Below are positions 49,046 through 53,993 of a stretch of DNA of 53,993 nt, piece by piece (the stretch's first letter is position 1; each line of letters begins with the position of its first letter). The translations under genes and the position numbers were made by a program. The DNA is from Candidatus Uhrbacteria bacterium. GTDB taxonomy: Bacteria > Patescibacteriota > Patescibacteriia > JACPHY01. Below the pieces are notes generated by a model, which was given only the letters and a program-made list of their open reading frames with translations, was not told the origin of the DNA and did no database searches. Location: positions 1 through 53,993 of the forward strand of contig JACPHY010000008.1 of NCBI GenBank assembly GCA_016188355.1. Reading direction: 5' to 3'.

Positions 49046-49074
49046 TTCGCTTATTCGTACGAATAAGACAATGG
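49046..49074 (+). repeat. Dispersed palindromic site, copy 5
   Basis: TTCGCTTATTCGTACGAATAAGACAATGG; 18-bp perfect palindrome at 49050-49067. Confidence 0.88.
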
Positions 49075-49204
49075 ATCAAACGTCAAATCCGGTTTAGGCC
49101 TATACATGACCGGCCTTCCAAAAAAAGCTGCGTCTCCGCAAAAAAACGAGGACACCACCCGAACGCACGGATCTCCAGATGCACGAACCATGCACGCAAG
49201 AGAT

Positions 49205-50104
49205 TCATCGCGCCAGGAGAGCGAGTCCCACCGCAATCACCATCAGCGCGGCTATCTTCTGGATCACTATCGGACGCGTGAGGCGCTCTCGAAATTGTGG
49301 GAATCGGCGACCGAAGAAAAAAACGAATGCGAAAAGGAATGCATACTGCACTCCCTGCAGTGCGTTCACGAGTGTCGGTGAGGCGAGATTGACCGCATAC
49401 TGCAGTGCGAGGAATCCCACGGCACCAGCAACTTGACCGCCGATGAAAAGTCCGAGTGATTTTCGTGAGGACGGTCGCTCCGATCGACGAAAAATTGCAC
49501 GACGCGTTGCCGGATGCAGGAGGAGCGCTGCCGCCGCGATGACTGCACCCGCTCGCGACCAAACGAATCCCGCGAGAAATGGCTGCGTCTCAAACACTGC
49601 CTTCATAAGTACCGTAGAGAGCGCGAATGCGATTGCCGCCAACGAGGCAATGGCATACGCTCCCCGCGCACGACGCCGCGTGCCGCCGGCCGGTTCCCGG
49701 GCGATCAATGCCGAACCGACGACCAGAATGCCGAATGCGAGGAGCTCGTTCGGTAGCAATCGCTCCCCAAGGCCCAAATACGCAAAAATGAGCGTCCACA
49801 CGGGAATCGTACCGCCCACGTACGGCACAATGCGCGACGCCTCTCCGCGCTTGAGTGCCGTAAAAAAGAAGAGCAGTGCCGCAACAAAGGTGGCCCCCGC
49901 CGCAACATCCAATACCGCCTGGGCACCAGTAGGCAGGACGAACTGGAATGGGAGGGCGAGAAATGCAACCGCCCCAAGCATGCCCACCGAAAACGCATAC
50001 ACCGCAGGATTGGGCATTGCCTGCACCAGCAAAAATTTGTCCACGAGAAACGCAAACGCGTTGAGGAGATGCGCCGCAATGACTATGAAAATCCAGGAGG
50101 GCAT
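49205..50104 (-). CDS. DMT/EamA-family membrane transporter
   Basis: Ten TMs; ALKRGEASRIVP, LGERL. Confidence 0.82.
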   Translation of the reverse strand: MPSWIFIVIAAHLLNAFAFLVDKFLLVQAMPNPAVYAFSVGMLGAVAFLALPFQFVLPTGAQAVLDVAAGATFVAALLFFFTALKRGEASRIVPYVGGTIPVWTLIFAYLGLGERLLPNELLAFGILVVGSALIAREPAGGTRRRARGAYAIASLAAIAFALSTVLMKAVFETQPFLAGFVWSRAGAVIAAAALLLHPATRRAIFRRSERPSSRKSLGLFIGGQVAGAVGFLALQYAVNLASPTLVNALQGVQYAFLFAFVFFFGRRFPQFRERLTRPIVIQKIAALMVIAVGLALLAR

Positions 50105-50163
50105 GATGGACGTTTTCAGGTGTACGGGCAGTACGACTGGAGGATCTTAGGCTCTCAAAGCGC

Positions 50164-51516
50164 TCACACCACCAGCGGTAGGGTCTCCAACTCGGCTTCT
50201 GCGATGGGTTTTCCTCGAATGATGGACTCGATACGGTAGGTACCGTGCGTCGGTGCTTCAATGTACCCGCTCCATGCCATGCGCGCGAGCGCGCCGGACT
50301 GGATCCAATCCCAGAGCCACTCATCCGCATACCGCGGGTCGAGCTGATCAACCCCACCTCCCACCTGCCGCAACCACTCCCGATTGAAGTACTCCTGCGA
50401 GCCGATGGGCTCTGCCATGATGATCGGAATACCAAGACCGGTATAGAACGAAAGCTCCGACGGTTTCGTCCACAAGATGTCCGTTTCTCGCATTGCCCGC
50501 GAGAATGCCGAGAAATACTCGGGGCGATTCGCCGCAAAAAGAATCTGCACGCTTTTACCGATCGCATCTCCCAATCCGATCGCCCGTAACTGCTGCGTGA
50601 AGTACCGCAACACATCCCGCCGCGTCCCCGCGACCAGCTGGAGCCGCAGCTCATCCCGACGCAATCGTCCACGGATGCTCTTTGCGAGGTCCACGGCAAG
50701 ACGTTTCTGTGCACCTGCACCCCCCACCGCAAAAGTGATCGTGGGTGGTCGCACCGCGCCGTCATGGAAATGACGTCCAAAATGCCTCCCGAACGTCGCA
50801 TGATACCGACTTCGGAGATACTTGTTCGGATCGAGCACCGCGAGTCGCGTCCCGAGATCGTGCTTCACGATTTCTGCGCGCGGGCCGCCAATGAGCTCCT
50901 TCGGCAACGGAAATCCGGTGAGATAGATCTGCTCGCGCCGAACCCCGTAGAGACGAAGGCGCTCCAATACGCGCCCATTGGGGGCAAAATACTTAATGCG
51001 GCTCTTCTTGGGGTTGAGTGGCGCCCACACGCGAGCGACATCCGCATCACAGGCAACCACGTAGATATCGCCGGGGTAATCGTAATATTCCGCGGCGAAC
51101 GCTGGAAGAAAAAACGTGGTGACGAAGGGTGGCGGGTTGTCCGAGTGCACCTTCCGCAGCTGTTCCACGAGATGCCGACCGATCCCCTGCTTCGTGACGG
51201 AATACCATATCTGCCGCAATTGGAGACTCGGCCTCGAAAGATCTCGCCGGGGATAGAAGGGATCAATTTCCTGGAATTGATCGACAAATGTTTCAAAAAT
51301 CGCCTTCCCAATGACCGGCAGTGGCTGCATGCGCGAGATTGTTTCGTAGTACGTTCGTCCCTGCTGCCAGATAGTGCGGTCGTGCTCCGGGATGCCGTCG
51401 TAGTTATTCGCGATGGTGATCGCACCGCCACTCAAATCACGCAGCGCATACGCGGCGCGCTCATGACCATACCCCATATCCACCGCAACGAGATGCGACC
51501 GAGCATGCATTGCCAT
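50164..51516 (-). CDS. GT-B fold glycosyltransferase-like protein (UgtP/MGDG-synthase-like)
   Basis: DMGYGHERAA, TGFPL, VGGAG, WTKPSE, PIGSQE...N. Confidence 0.6.
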   Translation of the reverse strand: MAMHARSHLVAVDMGYGHERAAYALRDLSGGAITIANNYDGIPEHDRTIWQQGRTYYETISRMQPLPVIGKAIFETFVDQFQEIDPFYPRRDLSRPSLQLRQIWYSVTKQGIGRHLVEQLRKVHSDNPPPFVTTFFLPAFAAEYYDYPGDIYVVACDADVARVWAPLNPKKSRIKYFAPNGRVLERLRLYGVRREQIYLTGFPLPKELIGGPRAEIVKHDLGTRLAVLDPNKYLRSRYHATFGRHFGRHFHDGAVRPPTITFAVGGAGAQKRLAVDLAKSIRGRLRRDELRLQLVAGTRRDVLRYFTQQLRAIGLGDAIGKSVQILFAANRPEYFSAFSRAMRETDILWTKPSELSFYTGLGIPIIMAEPIGSQEYFNREWLRQVGGGVDQLDPRYADEWLWDWIQSGALARMAWSGYIEAPTHGTYRIESIIRGKPIAEAELETLPLVV

Positions 51517-51576
51517 AGGTCAATTCTCCACAGACATGTGTCTTTACTGTAGCACGGGATGCGTACATGCTCATGC

Positions 51577-51608
51577 AAGAACCCGCCTCATAGGTGAGGC
51601 GGGTTCTT
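51577..51608 (-). terminator. Terminator hairpin
   Basis: AAGAACCCGCCTCA-TAGG-TGAGGCGGGTTCTT. Confidence 0.65.
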
Positions 51609-51626
51609 TCGTACACTGCTTCGTCT

Positions 51627-52379
51627 TCAACAGCCGTTCACGGGATGGAAAGGCGCATCCCCCATCATTGCCGACGATGCTCGCGCAATCTCATGCATCG
51701 TGGGAACCGATTCTTGGAGCACGGCGCGTGCCGCAATCAGCCAATCGGCCACCTCGGTCAGCACGGGGGCCCGCTCAATGAGCTCTGCACGAATTGCGGT
51801 GTCCGCCCAAGCGCGCTTGTACCAGCGCTGCGATGCAAGCGCGTCGAAGATATCCGCGAGGGCGAGTGTGAGGCGTTGTGGATCGTGGATCCCGAGATCC
51901 TGCCGACGATCCCGGTCACGACGCTCCTGCCGTGGTCGCCGAGGAATGGTGCGCCGCTCGTTCCGTCGTCGCTCGTCACTCCGGGGATACTTCCGACGGG
52001 ACTGCTGCGGTGGATGCCAACCACAATCATGATGCGCAACAAGTATGCGGCCCGCCGCTTCGTCTACCATGCGCACCATTTCAAACCCGAACCGTGGATG
52101 CTGACGGATTTCCGCGAACTCCTCCTCCGTGAACCCGCCAGGCTTCGTGACGATCTTTCGATACACGAACAATTTCCCAACATCGTGGAGGAGCGCTGCG
52201 CGCGTGAGCGTCATCTGCTCCGATGTCGGCCATCCCACCTGCCGCGCCACATGAAGGACGCCACGCGCCACACGCCAACTGTGCCCGTATGTTTCTCCCC
52301 CGTCATACAATTCGAGACCGCGGAGCAGCACAAGCAACACCGGATCACTCCGCACGAGTGCACGAAGCACCGCATCCAT
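51627..52379 (-). CDS. HD-GYP-like phosphohydrolase with an Arg-rich ERR/DRR insert
   Basis: TYGHSWRV, LLHDVGK, HP, HHD, ADIFDAL, RWYK; SD GGAGGTGA. Confidence 0.85.
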   Translation of the reverse strand: MDAVLRALVRSDPVLLVLLRGLELYDGGETYGHSWRVARGVLHVARQVGWPTSEQMTLTRAALLHDVGKLFVYRKIVTKPGGFTEEEFAEIRQHPRFGFEMVRMVDEAAGRILVAHHDCGWHPPQQSRRKYPRSDERRRNERRTIPRRPRQERRDRDRRQDLGIHDPQRLTLALADIFDALASQRWYKRAWADTAIRAELIERAPVLTEVADWLIAARAVLQESVPTMHEIARASSAMMGDAPFHPVNGC

Positions 52380-52426
52380 GACGTCACCTCCCTGCATCAC
52401 CATTGCCAAAGGAACGATTCCCGCGT

Positions 52427-52455
52427 ACCATACGCCTCAGACCACTTCCCGTCAA
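52427..52455 (-). promoter_or_regulatory. Sigma70-like promoter
   Basis: TTGACG-17 nt-TATGGT on the minus strand. Confidence 0.55.
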
Positions 52456-52558
52456 TCCTCCCATCACCAGGATGGTACTCATATGGCGATCTCGCAATCG
52501 CCGACGGTATTACCACCCTCACCCTCGGGATCCCTCCCGAGCACCATGGAGGAGCGGC

Positions 52559-52825
52559 ATGGCTCTTTCACACGAAGAAATCATCCGCCGGGTCCGCCGC
52601 TGGCAAGATGCAGGCATCGTGCATCCGCTCACCTGCGGCAACGATGCGCAGCACCATCCGAACCTCGAACCCGAAATGCGCGATGGCCAGGTCGTCCTCG
52701 CCTGCCGCGCTCCGGGATGCACGTACGTCCAACACTGGATTCCGGAATGCATCCTCAGCGATGCCACCGAGGAGCAACTCGCCGCATCGCACGGCGTCAT
52801 GGACCTTCCGCAAGCGCCCCAATGA
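52559..52825 (+). CDS. Small hypothetical His/Cys metal-binding protein (88 aa)
   Basis: SD GGAGG 52548-52552; HPLTC...H...C-x4-C-x-Y-x-Q. Confidence 0.7.
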   Translation: MALSHEEIIRRVRRWQDAGIVHPLTCGNDAQHHPNLEPEMRDGQVVLACRAPGCTYVQHWIPECILSDATEEQLAASHGVMDLPQAPQ

Positions 52826-52840
52826 CCAGAACGTCCACAT

Positions 52841-52867
52841 CACCTCCGCAATAGTCGGAGGTGTTTT
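52841..52867 (+). terminator. Intrinsic terminator
   Basis: CACCTCCG-CAATAGT-CGGAGGTG-TTTT. Confidence 0.6.
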
Positions 52868-52893
52868 CGTTACGGGAAATTTTGGCCAACCAC

Positions 52894-52922
52894 TTGACTT
52901 TCTCTGTATTTCCTGCTATCTT
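52894..52922 (+). promoter_or_regulatory. Sigma70-like promoter
   Basis: TTGACT-17 nt-TATCTT. Confidence 0.6.
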
Positions 52923-52987
52923 CCCTGTAGTCGACTGCAGCAGCGGCCGACATTCGTTTTCCAGAACATTGCCAAAGGAGCCACACG

Positions 52988-53680
52988 ATGTTGGACAGCT
53001 TGTCGAGTTCGGTTTGGGATCGCATCGGGTCGCGGACGCACGCGATGTCCAAACAGCAGTTCGCGCTGCTGGTGAGCTTTTGGACGGCCGTCGGGATCGG
53101 CGGGAGCGCCGTCGGCGCGTACGCGAGCCGTGACTGGCAGTTCGGGCTGGGGCTGCTCCTCATCCCGTTCGTCATGAGCATCGTCGGCACGATGATTGCC
53201 CTGAGGAGCAATGAGCCCATCATCTCGCTCCTCGGCTATGCCCTGGTCGCGATCCCGTTCGGCTTCATGCTCGGGCCGGTCGTCGCGATGTACACCGTGG
53301 CGAGCGTGCTCAAGGTGTTCGCCGTCACCACGATGATCACGATCGTCTTCGGCGTCGTCGGCGCGGTGATCCCGGACAGCCTCGAGGGATGGGGGTCCGC
53401 ACTGTTCGGCTGCCTCCTCATCCTCATCATCGGCGGCTTCGCGGTGCCGATCGCGGGACTCTTCGGGCTCCCCATCACGACCGCGCTCTCCGTGCTCGAC
53501 TGGTGCGGCGTCATTGTGTTCACCGGCCTCGTCATCTTCGACTGGAACCGAGCCATGCGTGTCGAACGCACACACGACAACGCGATCGACTGCGCGCTCG
53601 CGATCTATTTGGACTGGGTGAACCTGTTCATCCGGCTCCTCTCGATCATGGGCACGCGGACCAGCTCGAGCGACGACTGA
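52988..53680 (+). CDS. Bax inhibitor-1/YccA family membrane protein
   Basis: Seven TMs; IFD...AIDCALAIYLDWVNLFIRLL; SD AAGGAG. Confidence 0.9.
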   Translation: MLDSLSSSVWDRIGSRTHAMSKQQFALLVSFWTAVGIGGSAVGAYASRDWQFGLGLLLIPFVMSIVGTMIALRSNEPIISLLGYALVAIPFGFMLGPVVAMYTVASVLKVFAVTTMITIVFGVVGAVIPDSLEGWGSALFGCLLILIIGGFAVPIAGLFGLPITTALSVLDWCGVIVFTGLVIFDWNRAMRVERTHDNAIDCALAIYLDWVNLFIRLLSIMGTRTSSSDD

Positions 53681-53686
53681 TCCACC

Positions 53687-53719
53687 AGACCCCCGACCGC
53701 ACTGCGCGGCCGGGGGTCT
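53687..53719. terminator. Hairpin between convergent genes
   Basis: AGACCCCCG-A-CCGC...GCGG-C-CGGGGGTCT. Confidence 0.6.
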
Positions 53720-53730
53720 TCTCTTGCGAA

Positions 53731-53993
53731 CTACAAGGCCTGCGATAGCGTTCCCGCATCGTCGCGATGCGCTAGGTCACGCTCCGCAGCTGCTCGCACC
53801 AGCCCAATCATGCGCGCCAGCCGTCCGGATTTTTTTGGTATCGATGCACGACGATCCTGTATCCACGCTCGCAGCGTCACCTGGCCCAACCCAAGCGCAT
53901 GTGCGACCCGCTCCATCCCGGATGGAAATACCGTAGTCGCGACACGGAGCAACTCACGAAAACCGTCGGCATCTCCCTCCCTCCATGCATCGC
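53731..53993 (-). CDS. 3' part of a hypothetical, possibly HTH-containing protein
   Basis: Frame open to the window edge; MERVAHALGLGQVTLRAW looks HTH-like. Confidence 0.45.
   Translation of the reverse strand, partial: DAWREGDADGFRELLRVATTVFPSGMERVAHALGLGQVTLRAWIQDRRASIPKKSGRLARMIGLVRAAAERDLAHRDDAGTLSQAL

Noticed and set aside
18053-49074. 27-bp repeat as a CRISPR array
   Set aside because: Copies are mostly kilobases apart with no regular spacers, and no cas genes are present.

Overview
High-GC bacterial chromosome segment, genetic code 11. Gene content suggests a Patescibacteria/CPR (Parcubacteria-like) genome (inference). Core genes: priA-def-fmt, a surface-glycan block (ligase/polymerase-like, GT2, GT4, flippase), the infA-rpmJ-rpsM-rpsK-rpsD-rpoA-rplQ-rplM-rpsI operon, alaS, mnmA, rlmD-like, era, secD/secF/secA, yidC-like, ftsE/ftsX, murD/murE-like, and four tRNAs (Pro-CGG, Gln-TTG, Thr-CGT, Gly-CCC). 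I found no CRISPR array, integrase or transposase. Most notable observations: (1) A 27-bp intergenic site with the palindrome TATTCGTACGAATA occurs five times in the same orientation, and one copy is split at the palindrome centre by a 61-bp insert. (2) Translation starts fall into two classes: about 30 genes, mostly core, start at SD-less 'tATG', while 11 accessory genes have strong SD sites, a downstream hairpin and mostly their own promoter. (3) SecD carries a circularly permuted parvulin PPIase and a DxDxDG loop. (4) An ASCH-shikimate dehydrogenase fusion sits behind a structured, attenuator-like leader. (5) Smaller oddities: a membrane-tailed dUTPase, a 26-aa zinc-knuckle microgene, a CTG-initiated ftsE, and frameshifts in alaS and a SET-domain gene. 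All assignments come from reading motifs by eye; no searches were run.
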